64,000 nt of DNA from Xylographa opegraphella (GCA_022813865.1 JALDZX010000025.1:62001-126000); one strand, 5' to 3'. Positions 52,045 through 64,000 are shown, counted from the stretch's first letter. Made by a program: numbers and translations. The notes: generated by a model from the letters alone, not told the origin.

Positions 52045-53655
52045 TCAGAGACGACTCATTCGCAATGACTGTAAGCTTTGCCAGATTCTTTGACAGCGCT
52101 GCCACTCTTTATCCTTGACAATCGCGATGCTCATATCCGGCTGAATAGTTCTCGCTTCGTCGATACTACCTGTTCCATACTCGTACTCCTCGCCTTTCAA
52201 GAACGCGGCAAATGGTTCCAGGAACTTCCGTATCGTGCTTTGTTCATCTGGCGGAAGACCTGAACGATTCCCGTAGAACCAAATGCTAAGGTCACTCCCG
52301 TGAAACACTCCCATCTCTGGTGGACCGATATTGTCCACGCTTTTTGTGCGCCAATTGATGCGATACCGTAGTATATCTGATAAAGGTAACGTCCTAGAGA
52401 TTGCTGCGAGTAACCCTCGCTGTGTAACATGAACCTGCATATCGGCGTATATATGGCCAAAGGTTTCCATCCAGTCACTACCCTCCGCAGGATGCCCACC
52501 AGGGCAATAGAGCTTTGCCAATTTCCGCGATGCCACTTCGGGGTATTCTACAGCGAGTCGACGAACGAGCGATTCGTAAGAGGATGGTGGCTGCACCTTC
52601 TTATAGACGTTGTTCTCATCCGGTAAATCACCGATGAGAATCTTAACACCACGGTGCAACATAACTTGGGCGAACCGCCCATCCTCGATCTCGTGGAAGA
52701 GCGATTCGCGTACCCACTTGCCATCGGTGACGGCGCGAAAGGAATTTTCAGGGATTTTGGTCGTGGCTACGACGAGGTCCTCGACAGGTAGCGCTCTTAA
52801 CCTTGCCAATTTGCTCTTTGCATCTATGTCATGTGGGATGCCGAGTACCGCCAGCAGCATGTCGAAGTGCGATTGAACCTCGTGCAAGGACTTGGGTGGC
52901 AGACCAGGGCCATTGGAAAAGAGTACTACTCGTCGAATTATAGCTTGATCATCAGGGAGAGCAATCTCATGCGCCAGCTGGTGAAATGTAGAGTAAGCAC
53001 CCGCAGACAGCCCGCCGACGGTGATGTTGTACTGGTTCCCGCCGAAGCCAGTGATGTTCTCGAAGGTCCATTCAATAGCAAGTCTTTGGTCCCAAAAACC
53101 GAAGTTTCCAAAACTCCCTCCGGAAGAAGAGGCTTCCTGCTTTAGCTCGTGCGATGCCAGAAACCCAAAAACATTGAGCCGATAAGTTGGGGCAACAACG
53201 ATGCAACGAACATCCGTCTCCGAGAGCAAATCTGACGGGTCTTCTTTATTTGGAGAACCCCATTGGAGGAAGCCACCATCTGGTGGTGTTGAGAACTCAA
53301 GTCATATAAGTGTCACGAGAGGAGGTCACGTACGTATGTAAATCCACACCGGCCAGCCACCACTGGGTGGCGGACCTACCGGGACCCAGACATTACATTG
53401 CAAAACATCTTCGGAAGTTGCAGAATTCCCACTCTGTGGACACTCGGCAGACAGTCCAGTAAAGTCTGTTGGCTTCTCTGGTGGACCGTACGCGTGATGC
53501 CCAGGCAAGGCTTGAGCCTTACACCAGCGTTGAGCACTTGTCAATGGAATTGCGAACGGTATGCCGCCGAAGCGCAACGTGTTATTGTATCGCCTTCCTT
53601 GGATAAAGCCCTTGTGCTCAACATGATAGACACATACATCACCCCGAGGCACCAT
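52045..53655 (-). CDS. Type-B carboxylesterase/lipase
   Basis: FGGIPFA, SEDVLQCNVW, WIYIH|GGFLQ, YRLNVFGF, GFWDQRLAIEW, nucleophile elbow GLSAG, FHGSDL; one intron near 53280-53334; no signal peptide. Confidence 0.92.
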
Positions 53656-54172
53656 GATGATGGTTTCAAACGTAAATGCATGTGCCGGAGCCTGAAAGAG
53701 TTGCAATGAGCCGAGCGGGCATTGTCTTGGCATCTTTGGATGACACGTGATACTGTTGTACTTGTACTAGACTGGACTAGTCTATATAATCGTTGCCTTG
53801 GGCCTCCAGCTTCTTCTCCTCAGCAGAAAATGATTATTTGCGCTTATCGACCGCCTGTGTCGCTGTCCTCGACACAATTGTAGCAGGTCTGGATCTCTAC
53901 CAATGACACTTTCTGCAACACGGTTGGATCAAGCCTTTCTGTGTATGTGCACTTATATGATATATCAAAAGATGGGAATTATATATGCCCCATGGCCAAC
54001 TTATCACAACCACCTCTCTCCCCTAACCCGCTTCCTAAAATCTATCATACAGGATGCCAAATATCCAATTATGGTGGGTATACCCAGCCAGCCCCAACGC
54101 CCTGCTGAAGGCAAAATGCACCGGCCAAGTTACTATGCACAGCCTTAACCTCCCCTCCCTTTCCCCGACCCT

Positions 54173-56455
54173 CTAAATCGCATAATTCTCCGTATGCAAG
54201 AAGATCTCATCAATGGCCGAATTCGTCAGCACCTGGCGCTGCATACGAGCAACACAGCGTTGGACATCGACACGCATGCTGGGCGGGCCGCACACAAAGA
54301 CGCAGGTGCGACGCCCAAAATCGCGCTGGAAGCCGCGCAGCATGAAGGAGATGTCCGGGCGGCCGTACTCGGTCTGCCAGCCAGTCTTCTTGGTCGCGAC
54401 GCTAGGCAGGAAGGCGAAGCGCATGAGGTTCTTCTGCAGCATCGTCGGCGTGGAGGGGAAGCCGAAGTCGAACGTGCTGCTGGGCTCCGGTGGCGGGATC
54501 TCCAACCGGGCGGGACGCGGCCGCCGGGGAGACTTGGGCGATTTCGGCGGTGCGAGGTAGGCGTGCGGGAGGGCGGTGATGCCGTCTTCGTTCTCGGCGC
54601 GAAGCTCGCGTTCCTTTTCGGCGTCGCCGCCTGCTTCCTCACGGATGAGGGCGGAGTGCCGCTTGTCAGCGATGCCTTGGAAGGCCTCGTTGATTTTGTC
54701 GTGGAAGACTTGGCTAACGGGGCGGGATTGCGCGACAGGGGGGCCGGTGGAGGGAATGTGACGCTTGGCTGCGGTGATGAAGAATTGGCAATGGACGGAC
54801 TCGGGAGGGGCGTATTGCCTGCAGATCCTGAGCTCTTCTTTGAACCACTCCATGGTCTCGGGACGTTTGAGCGCCCAGACCACGTGCACTTGCTTGGTGA
54901 CTGCGCGGCCGTCACGCATTTTCTTGATAAGGTCTAGAAGCTGGCTGACGATTGCAGTAATGCCGCTACCGCCAGCAAACAGGATGACGGTGTCGAAGGC
55001 GGCAAGTTCGCGCTGCATACCCCCATAAGGACCGTCGATGAAAGCACGATATGTCTGCCATGGCCCGTTCTCATCATGAGCGTTGACGACTTTGCGTGTA
55101 AAGCCGCTGAAAGGACGGAACACTATGATCATGTCCCGGTATTGCTCGCCGTACTCGGAAGGGAAGTCGTCGCTACATAATGATGCAATGGTGAAAGGAT
55201 GGTTCTCAAACACGGATATGCCTGGCATGCGTAGATACACATACTGGCCTGGACGCCATGTCACCTGAGTGGGTATGGTGACTTTCACGGCGTTCTCTGG
55301 CAGAATGGTGATGGAAGCTTCCTCCCCGATCAGCCACGAAGTCCGCCGGAAATTTGTCCAGTTGAGGTAGAAGAGCCTGATAATATAAGAGACGAACCAT
55401 ATCCCCGCTGTAGCCGCGAGATAGTCCCAGGATGTAAGGTAGTTGTTACAATGCCAGAACATCATGGCGAGGAAGATAATCGATACGGGAACATGCAGCG
55501 CGACAAAAAGCTCGTACATCCAGGATCGAATGAAAGGTAGTGAGTGTATGCAAAGGAAGAGGAGTGGGACAAGAGCAGCAATACCAGTGCCGTAGATATA
55601 ATACTGGCCACTGAAATAGCTTTGGAACACTTGCAATGCTCCCTGATCCCAAACTGGTGTTATGTAGAATGGCACGGTGTGTATGAGAGCCAGCAATAAG
55701 CAAATGTAACCACCCCATCGATGTAGCACATTTAGTCTCTCGTGACCAATACCGGTCATCATGGTGATGATATTCGCTTTCATGCTGAGAGCGACAATCC
55801 ACGGCATCATGGCAACGGATAGCATTCCAGCTCTTATTGCCAATGGCGGAGAGCCATAACGGATACTGGCGTAATACAGGGGCTGCGGAACGAAGCTGTA
55901 GAGAACGACGAATATGAGCGCTGCAAGGACGATTAAGACGACTCCTGCGGATGGAAACGGCAGTTCACGCTTCTTATATCGGATAGCCGGGATTGGTCTG
56001 TAGAAAATCCATCGTAACATAGCTATAGCGTTGTTGAGGGGAGCCATTGATGATACCGACGAATCAGCTTTCGGCTCCACAGGAAGCTGAGCAGCGCGGG
56101 GAAAGAACTTCACAGCGGAGTTGTTCGTTTGAAGATTGGCCATCTCGTAGTCGGTGTCAGGCGAAGAAGTCTTTGAGTTCTTTCCCTCCAAGACCTCTTC
56201 CTTGTATATTGCTCGCCTGATTTTGTCGGTCCACAGGTAGTAAAGCCGAATGATGCTGGTGGCAACCAAAAGAATGATGGAGAAATAGACCCAGCCCAGA
56301 GCGTACTTCCCCGCTTGAGTCCATGGATCTTCTTGACTTGCAGCTATGAGGCCTGGCGAGCTATTAGGATATATTGTGATGTTGATTCTTTTAACCAGCG
56401 TTTCCATCGGCTCGAAGGCAGCGACATCGTTGAGATATGCCCTCACAGAAGGCAT
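54173..56455 (-). CDS. Ferric/cupric reductase transmembrane component (FRE family), intronless
   Basis: Haem histidines in HERLNVLHRW..IHT and YELFVALH..WH; PGQYVYL, ENHPFTI, DGPYGG, AGGSGIT, VCGPPSM, HTENY. Confidence 0.93.
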   Translation of the reverse strand: MPSVRAYLNDVAAFEPMETLVKRINITIYPNSSPGLIAASQEDPWTQAGKYALGWVYFSIILLVATSIIRLYYLWTDKIRRAIYKEEVLEGKNSKTSSPDTDYEMANLQTNNSAVKFFPRAAQLPVEPKADSSVSSMAPLNNAIAMLRWIFYRPIPAIRYKKRELPFPSAGVVLIVLAALIFVVLYSFVPQPLYYASIRYGSPPLAIRAGMLSVAMMPWIVALSMKANIITMMTGIGHERLNVLHRWGGYICLLLALIHTVPFYITPVWDQGALQVFQSYFSGQYYIYGTGIAALVPLLFLCIHSLPFIRSWMYELFVALHVPVSIIFLAMMFWHCNNYLTSWDYLAATAGIWFVSYIIRLFYLNWTNFRRTSWLIGEEASITILPENAVKVTIPTQVTWRPGQYVYLRMPGISVFENHPFTIASLCSDDFPSEYGEQYRDMIIVFRPFSGFTRKVVNAHDENGPWQTYRAFIDGPYGGMQRELAAFDTVILFAGGSGITAIVSQLLDLIKKMRDGRAVTKQVHVVWALKRPETMEWFKEELRICRQYAPPESVHCQFFITAAKRHIPSTGPPVAQSRPVSQVFHDKINEAFQGIADKRHSALIREEAGGDAEKERELRAENEDGITALPHAYLAPPKSPKSPRRPRPARLEIPPPEPSSTFDFGFPSTPTMLQKNLMRFAFLPSVATKKTGWQTEYGRPDISFMLRGFQRDFGRRTCVFVCGPPSMRVDVQRCVARMQRQVLTNSAIDEIFLHTENYAI

Positions 56456-59400
56456 CTTGGATGAATGGTATCCTTTCCCAACCGGCTATGCCCAGAGGCA
56501 AGCACTCTGTAGCTATGATGTGGATTTTGGAGAGTCGTCGAGCATCTGAGCACCCTCGAGGAAGCCTTCGCGAACTGCGGGGAATGGTAGCGAGTGTGAT
56601 GGTATCTTCTGTTTGTGCGACCGGTCGCTGAAACACCGCTTCGCCGCCAGAGTGGGGTCAAAATAGGCCACTGATAAAGATTCTGCGCTCGTTCGACATG
56701 CGTCAATTCGAATGCGGATTAAGGTATTGCCACGCTTTACTCTAGCGACGGTCCTTGGGGCGATATGAGGATACCAGATCCTTGAGGTTGGTAAGAAGCT
56801 GCTGGCGACGGGGAAAGTGAGGTCGACAACGATGCACAAGTGAACAGGATGTACGAACAGAGCGCCGGCGCCGCTCTCGGGTATATCATCAAGATGCCGG
56901 AGTGGAGGCTTCGTGATGGTTGCCACTAGTCGCAAGCCCGAAGTGGAGGGCGCTCGAGTGGAGCGCACAATTGGTCAGTGCTGCAGATGTGATGAGAACA
57001 TCCATCACGTCCCTAGAGCAGCGAAGGAACCGCAGGAACAGGTCTCAGTGTCTCGCTATGGCACGGCGAGCATGCTTCGACCGTGGGAGGACGGGGGTAG
57101 CTGCCCGAGCCAGCGACCATTGGTGGGACGGGGCAGGGGAGGCGGTATCTTGCTGGCTGCGAAATGTGCCTGGGGGGTCAAATCAGGGCTGCGGGACGTC
57201 GATCGGCGCCGTCGAGAGCACAGCGTCGGCGTTGATGAAGCGCTTTCATTTGCTGCTGCACCCCATGCTCGAAGCCGGGGTGGAGTGGAGTGCGAGGGTG
57301 GGCGGAAGGGAGCAGGATCGAGAGATGCAGGTGCATTTTCGATGCCGACCAATCAGCAACGGACATTAAGCGCTGAGCCTGACTGGGCCATTAGCCGAAG
57401 ACGACCGATCGATCTTTGTCAACCTTTTACCTTATCGACGACGTCGCTACTTCGGTCTTCGTGCAACGCAGTACTCCTGGCAATACCAACCTCAAGTAAT
57501 ACAATTGGAGGCCAGCAGCATGGAGCATCATCACTGCACTCTGATACCTTGAGAGCAAGTCTCTATGTCGAAGACCCCACTTATTTCGTGAGCATGGCTA
57601 TCAATATTGCTGATGGCCGTTATCGATGTGCTTCCAAGCCCACGTTCCGCCGAATGCTTTTCACCCGAGTACCACGCGCTCATGCATGGTGATCTCTCCT
57701 ATTATGCTCCGGTACCTGGCCACCATATTCGGTCCCTGGCGAGTGGCGACCAAGTTCGGTGTCTCCTAAGCGCGCATTGCAACGATCTTCTTGGGATGCT
57801 GTCTGCATCGGGCTTGTACCCATAAACGCAGCGCTTAAGGTATTGATACTGGTATGGCCAAATGGCTCAGCTGGCGTCATCGCGTGGCTACTAGTGTTCT
57901 TTCGGTATGTACCCCTGACGGGCCATGGATGTGACCGGCAGGTCTGCAATGCATACTATATTTCCTTTCCTTTCCCTTGCACATGGCCTTTTCACAATCG
58001 GCCAAATTCTTTGTTGCAGCGCGTGAACCGGTGCTCGGAACCGTTGAAGCTCACTCCCCTTTCCAATGTTTTTTTGGGCGTTAGCGCCAGCTCCTGAAGT
58101 CGTTGCCTCCAAGCCAGTGCTTCATGCCTGGACGCGGTTTAGTCTGTGGATATCCTGGCGACCTGGTCTCCTCTATCTGAGGATGGACACTCCACCGTTC
58201 ATACGGTGACAGCGGCGCCCCGCGTGTTTGTCGGAGGTCAGGCAATCCCGTTGTTCTTTGTGCTGGGACAACTTCCCCAGCACCCGAATCTGGTTGTTGC
58301 AGTGAATGCGCTCCAACTGCTCTGCATGAAGAAACGGTGCCATCTAAGTATTTGAATGGGAGACAGAGATTTCATATTGATTGTTATCATGGCATATTGA
58401 GTGGCTGATTTAGGCAAGCGCATCGTCAGTCATCTAGATTATTCCATTTCCGACCCGAGTTCCTGCCCGGTCCATCACCAACCCTTTCCGTTATCAGCAA
58501 AGCTGGCCCAGTGAAGTTCAAGACCCTGTCAGGTCCCGATATCGGGTACGGCCATATCGCTCAAACCTCAATTGGATCCGTGGGTAAACTTAATCAGCTT
58601 GTCTGCTAGAAGAGCCTTGGCTATATTCAACCCTCAAGACTCCCAGATATAAGGCATCGCGATCCAGCTGAGTGCCCGAGAGAACTGGATATACAGCACA
58701 TCCACAGATGGATTGGTTCCATACCAGCTCCACTTTTCCGTTGTACCCAGCGACATGGAAGCTGGGGAAAGGGTATAAATGTCAGACTAGGGGATCTTGA
58801 CACCCAGGTAGCGTGCTGAGCATTTCCTTTGAGCTATTATATATGACTATTTACGAACATGTCTGCACTTTCCAACGCAGTAGCCGATATGTCATCATGC
58901 ATCACCCGTTTCATTTGGAGACCAGACTTTGTCAGCGTGCATCATGTTCTCATACTACCAAAGTACATCAACAGTCCTGCATTGCATAGAGACCAATTGT
59001 TGCCACCAGTGGTCCAAGCCAGGGCGGTTTCCCATGTTCAGAAGTATTAAGATAACTGCGCCCATCTGCTATTAAGTTCGAGATAGAAGGATTGTAAACA
59101 GAAGTAAGACCAGAATTCGCATCATGGATTCAGCCCAGGGGTACCTGATGTACCTGATGTACGTCAGGCAAATATACCATCGTAATAGTGTGGGACAGGT
59201 TGCAATTCCCATTTTCGTCAACGACTTCCCACAGTCGAAATCCGTGCAGAAGTGTCGTTGTTCGGCCCTCCTTCCGACTACGAAACAGAATGTTTCCTCG
59301 ACTTGCTTTCACCAACAGGAGTATCAGGCTGTCTCTCGGTGTGCTGAAACGACCTGATCACTATGGGACTTAAGGGCACATTTGATTGAGTGTTCTCGTT

Positions 59401-60370
59401 AGTCCTATATACTCCTTGATAAAGTCTATCATTTCGGGTGGACGATATCCCGTTATATACAGGGTTAAGACAAGTAACTTTCATTCATTCATTCATCAGG
59501 GCGGTTCATCTGGTAACGCGTCGTGCTAAAAGCTTTGCCAGGTTGTTCTTAGATACTTGTTTCGAACCCGCCTAATACCCTTCACTTTCTTTCCGAAATC
59601 CCCTTAAGTATATATTTATGAGCATAATTATTTCCATTCACCTTCTTGCTATCTGGTATAGACACCGGCACGTTGTTCCGGTTCAGGAATCAGGACCTCG
59701 ATAGGTCCGGCCCACCCTTTGTAAGTGGTTCCACACTCCATCCCCAAGCACCCGCCGCCCCTGATGAATTTTTTTTTGCAGATCGCCTACCACTTTCGAA
59801 TTTGTTACTGGCTGACCCGGTTGTTTGTTGATAACCGTCAGAAGATGAGTTGAGATTTCTTAGTCCTTTGAAATCGCTCTCGAGCCTTACCTCACTACAC
59901 TCCATTGCTATTTGCCAAAGTGTCTTCGCAAGCCTGTAGTATGATTAGGGTACGGTGCATGGCATGCTTGGCTTGGATTGCAATGTAATGCAGGCTTCCC
60001 TTGGCTTTACCGTGTTACAAGCAGCCGGTCAATCCGGGCTTCGTGCCAAAGCGTATGGGTATCGGAGGGCGATGGCGCCCACCAGATCACTTTTTCAATC
60101 GTATGTCTCTTACTGGTTCAGTGCTGCATTCCAGAACTTCCCTAGCACTATGTTCTTTAGAGAATATTACCCCCTACGGGAGAGAGTATTGAGTTTCTTG
60201 GCGAACATGTGAAATTCACTCAGCCTTAGATCCTGGTTATCACTTGCAATATAAGACTCATGCTCATGGCTCGTGTCAATCTTGTCAGACACACGGAGCC
60301 GTCCTCGGGCAATACCACATTAATATATTGCGGCATGAGAACACAAGAACCAAAATGGGCAATATAGCTT

Positions 60371-60756
60371 AATCTATCAAGGGGCATTCATGCTCAACTC
60401 TGCTAACATGGCTCAAGTTCAAACCCCGCCCACCTCCAGCGGTTCACGATGCAACTATCTCCACTTTAGCTGCTCACCATGGTGCCATTGACGGTGGCAC
60501 CATGTTCTACCCAGTGTGTTTCGCACTGGGTAGTCGGCGGCACGTTTGCCACTGGCATTCGATAAGTCCATTCGATCTTCGAAGATGACCGTCTTCTATC
60601 TAGATCACAAATATCGATTCTCATCCGATCACAAATGATGATCCTCACCAGATCGCACATATTTATCCTTCCGGATCCAAGAAGGAGCTTCTTAGATCAA
60701 ACGATAAGGTCAGTCATCCGTCGCCCCAAGCCTCCACCAAAGCCCCTTGATAGATT
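60371..60756. repeat. 386-bp segment bounded by a perfect 15-bp inverted repeat, with internal hairpins and 24-bp tandem repeats (MITE-like or structured RNA)
   Basis: AATCTATCAAGGGGC (60371-60385) / GCCCCTTGATAGATT (60742-60756), with CTT on both outer flanks. Confidence 0.6.
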
Positions 60757-61238
60757 CTTTTTGGCGTTTGAGAACGTTACATACATGCTAGGCTATGTGT
60801 CTAAGCCATTGGTGTCAATGAAGTAGTGATCTTTCGGGTTGGACGTAATAACGGTTATAAATCGCGGGAATAAGCCACTAAGCTCTTCAGTATTTACGGC
60901 TTCAACAGCATAAACTTGGAGATGTGAATATTGGGAGTCATATTATATGCTTGACATTTGCTTGACTGTACAACTCTTGCTGGATCATGCCCCTATATTG
61001 ACAGAACGAAATACACAAGCTCTTTCGACTCTTGGTCCCGTTCCATCTAGCCACCAAACTGCTTTGTCGCCCGGCCTGTTGACTGCTTCTCGCCTATGGA
61101 TCCATACCGAATCGGCATACCTGGCAGTCTTCCCCCGTCATGCTGCAGGTTCAAGCATGAGCTTGATATATGGTCTTGGACCCAACCCACAAAAGTGGAG
61201 CCGTCTGCGTCTGATTTAATCTTCCCAACGTGCTGCCC

Positions 61239-61967
61239 TCACGCCTCATCATCCCCCTCCTCCATCACCCGTGCCTTCAATATCCTCACCTCATCAGCCG
61301 GACGATCCTCCGCGTCCGTTTTAACCAACCCCATCCTCTGCACAACCCTCAACCCACTTTTCACCCGACCGAAAATCGTATGCTTGCCATCAAGCCACGG
61401 CGTAGGCGCAAGCGTGATAAAGAACTATGACCAAAACCGGGAGGGTTTCCCATCAGCCATGCGTTAACCCACAACAGCGAACGAGTTCGCTTTCCCCCCC
61501 TAAGCGGATATGCACACACACACACACACCTGCGAGCCATTGGTATTCGGTCCACTGTTCGCCATGCTCAGGACGCCGGCCCCGGTGTGCTTCAGCGACG
61601 CGTGGATCTCGTCCTCGAACTTGTCGCCGTAGATGGAGCTGCCGCCGCGGCCCGTGCCCGTGGGGTCGCCGGTCTGGAGCATGAAGTTCGGGATGATGCG
61701 GTGGAAGATCACGTTGTTGTAGTAGCCGCGTTGAGCGAGAGAGGCGAAGTTCTTGCAGGTCTAGAAGGAGGGTGGGAAGGGGGTGCGGGATTAGTTGGTG
61801 GGTTGGGGTACTTTGTGTTTTGGGGTGGGCTTTGCGTACCTTGGGCGCGTGGTCATTGTATAGCTCGACGATGATTTGACCCTGGGGACTGTGAGCTTCA
61901 GCTTCTGATGGTGGGGTTAAGGGGATCGGCTTACCACTGTGGTGTCGAGCGCTATATTCGTAGTCAT
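61239..61967 (-). CDS. PPIL1: Spliceosomal cyclophilin, peptidyl-prolyl isomerase-like 1
   Basis: Four exons: [92 protein letters not shown]. Confidence 0.93.
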
Positions 61968-62633
61968 TGTGGATGAGCTCGAATAAGTCCTATTGCAAGG
62001 CTATGTAAGGTAGGGTGTGTAAATTAAAATTGAGGACCTACCTTAGTAAGGTATCGTCAATCGCAAAGCACGCCGGCGTTTACTAGCTTAACGCCGAGTA
62101 CGATTATGCTTATTATTTAGTTTGGTCTAACCAGCTTTTGGCGTGGGGAACCACCATGAACCACTCGCTCAGACCTGTTCAATACCTGGTCTGTGACTTT
62201 CGAACGATGATGATTTCGAGATAGTCGCAAGATTGAAATGCTTCTCACAGTTCATCCTCTCGCTTTACTACACTTTGCCTTCTTCTGCAGCTGGATTCCT
62301 TCCAAAGATAGAGAGAGTTATCTGCATGTGTTGACGATCCATTGGGCACGGAACAATTGCTGCAGTTATTACACAACCAGCCCCGTCTGTAGAGTTCCGG
62401 GTTCTTAATGTCAAAACGGGCTAGCCAACTGTTTCTTTCGGAGATCGTGATGCCAAGTATACAACTTATTCAAGCAATGTTTCTTTGCAAAGTGATGGGG
62501 AAGAACGAAACAATGATAGTTTTAAGGTATCCTGCTTGTTTACTGTGAGCCCTTGTTGAGACCATTCTGATGCTTCTACGTACCCTTTGGTGATGAGAAA
62601 TTTCTATGACATTCGATCATCGCTGGTACTAAG

Positions 62634-63900
62634 ATGATATACCAAACCAGGTATTATCTCACTGGAGACTTTATAGTAACAGCGCTGCCAAAGGTTCAAT
62701 CTGGATTCATGGAAACCATGCCCATGCTGGCCACGATAACAGACACACTTATGAAACCAATAATATACCAAATTAACATTGGTGCAATATTGACATTGAT
62801 CCCCAACGTTTTCCTTGCTACCTTTCTTATCGTCATCGTCTTTTCTGAAATCAGCTTGACAAAATAAGATCTTTGACTGCAACGAACAAGGCAGGCTATT
62901 CTATTGGAATAGGCCTTCTCGCATCGACTGGTATATCTCTAACCTCGACTCGGATTCATACGCTATGGCTGAGGACTGGAGATTTTATTACTGCACTGGG
63001 AGTGGCTATCCAAAGATTCGCGCTGGAAGCACAAGCCTCTATCTATACGTCGGAAACCTCACCGGATGGGTCATCTGTAAATACAAAATATTTCAGTCCA
63101 GCCTACAATACACCATCCATTGTGTCACAGTATCGACTGCCAATCCAATCCGGTGTACAATGGACAGCAACCTAACCTTTTCGGACGGTTCCTTTTCCAT
63201 CATCGCAAGTAATGAATGTAGTGTCACTACTGGCCCGTGAGTTGCGTCCGGTATAGAAAAAGACGGGAGGGTTGCGGCGAGAATGTGTCTACATAATAAC
63301 GCCGGCCAAGCAACTATACTGCTCGACAGTTTGAATTCCGATGCTTCGTGCCTTGGTGAGGCAGTTTGAGATACCGATTGTCTGGCACCCATTGATTTCT
63401 CTTGCGCTACAAGAACCAATTCCATGTGGAGCAGTGTGTACTTCGTACAGTGAATACAATTCCTGTAGTTCAGATACGGACTGTTATCTTCATTGGTACT
63501 TGTGATGCAAGCTATCGATATGAGATTTCTGGTAAAGCTTCAGTATTTTGGGATCAATTCAGTAACGAAGGAGCCAATGAAGCATGGTGACGAGCAATTG
63601 TTAAGGAATATGCGTACGTAGAGTCGAGACTTTGGCTTGCAATCCGGCTAAACACGCCCTTGGTCGTGCAAGACAGCCCGAGTAGATCCAAGCGCGTTCT
63701 TCAACTACCAGGTGATCCAGCGTGAGGGGACCTCTCGCTCAATATGCAGCGTTGTGGAGAGCCAAGGCCCGGAGGAAGCTAAACCTAAAGAGGGAATATT
63801 GTACTGATCGGAGCGGAAATACTGCCCCACTAGCGGCCGATGTTCAATTTGGACCCCCTCATCCTTAGAGCAGCTACGCTGCAATTAGTTGGCGTCCCGC
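62634..63900 (+). pseudogene. Possible decayed gene for an uncharacterised membrane protein
   Basis: Successive protein-like fragments in different + frames (hydrophobic AILTLIPNVFLATFLIVIVF; GIGLLASTGISL..FITALGVAIQRF; NPIRC..NLTFSDG..ARMCL..GQATILL) broken by stops and frame changes. Family not recognised. Confidence 0.3.
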
Positions 63901-64000
63901 TAACGGTAATCTAAATTGAGCGGCATCTCAGCCACTCTTGGTCCGTGCTTTATGGCTGATTTGTTGCAGGGATAACAAGCTACATACTCGTCGGTCCAGT

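Noticed and set aside
54194..54937. Long antisense and alternate-frame ORFs over the ferric reductase 3' end (similarly over PRP18 and PIB2)
   Set aside because: Expected shadow ORFs of GC-rich coding sequence.
56913..57692. 259-aa + strand ORF upstream of the ferric reductase
   Set aside because: Non-protein-like composition in a GC-rich promoter region; no motifs.
60357..60438. tRNA-like A/B boxes (TAGCTTAATC, GTTCAAACC)
   Set aside because: Acceptor, D and T stems do not pair; no cloverleaf.
59571..60603. Telomerase RNA hypothesis (CCTAATACCCT as template; ATAAGT at 60562 as non-canonical 5' splice site)
   Set aside because: No canonical TAACCCTAA template on either strand and no identifiable pseudoknot. 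Reconsider only if this genome's telomere repeat is TATTAGGG.
23678..61967. Three splicing-related genes (SAP18, PRP18, PPIL1) as a functional cluster
   Set aside because: Separated by 13-22 kb and many unrelated genes; consistent with chance.

Overview
Gene-dense nuclear DNA of a filamentous ascomycete (Pezizomycotina-type short GT-AG introns with CTRAY branch sites). About 21 protein-coding loci can be read. Housekeeping genes: delta-COP 3' end, APC4, importin-beta/KAP95, SAP18, PRP18, ARL3/ARFRP1, a compact PIB2 and the PPIL1 cyclophilin. Accessory genes: HbpS/DUF967-like, DUF1348 SnoaL-like, a secreted beta-lactamase-family hydrolase, two Zn2Cys6 TFs, GST, a double-BTB protein, a PTH11-like receptor, an OSGIN-like flavoprotein, a carboxylesterase and a ferric reductase. 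Most noteworthy: (1) a secreted repeat precursor with one central amphipathic peptide between acidic xR-terminated spacers; (2) a ~1,500-codon sacsin/NO-VEIN-type GHKL ATPase + DUF3883-like nuclease gene with one apparent frameshift that would cut off the nuclease; (3) a non-coding, hairpin-dense 386-bp segment bounded by a perfect 15-bp inverted repeat, downstream of an intron-like signal with no ORF; (4) an unusually long, structured GST intron whose hairpin covers a cryptic splice donor. No tRNA, rRNA, CRISPR array or autonomous transposon was recognised. All family calls come from motif recognition by eye, not database searches.
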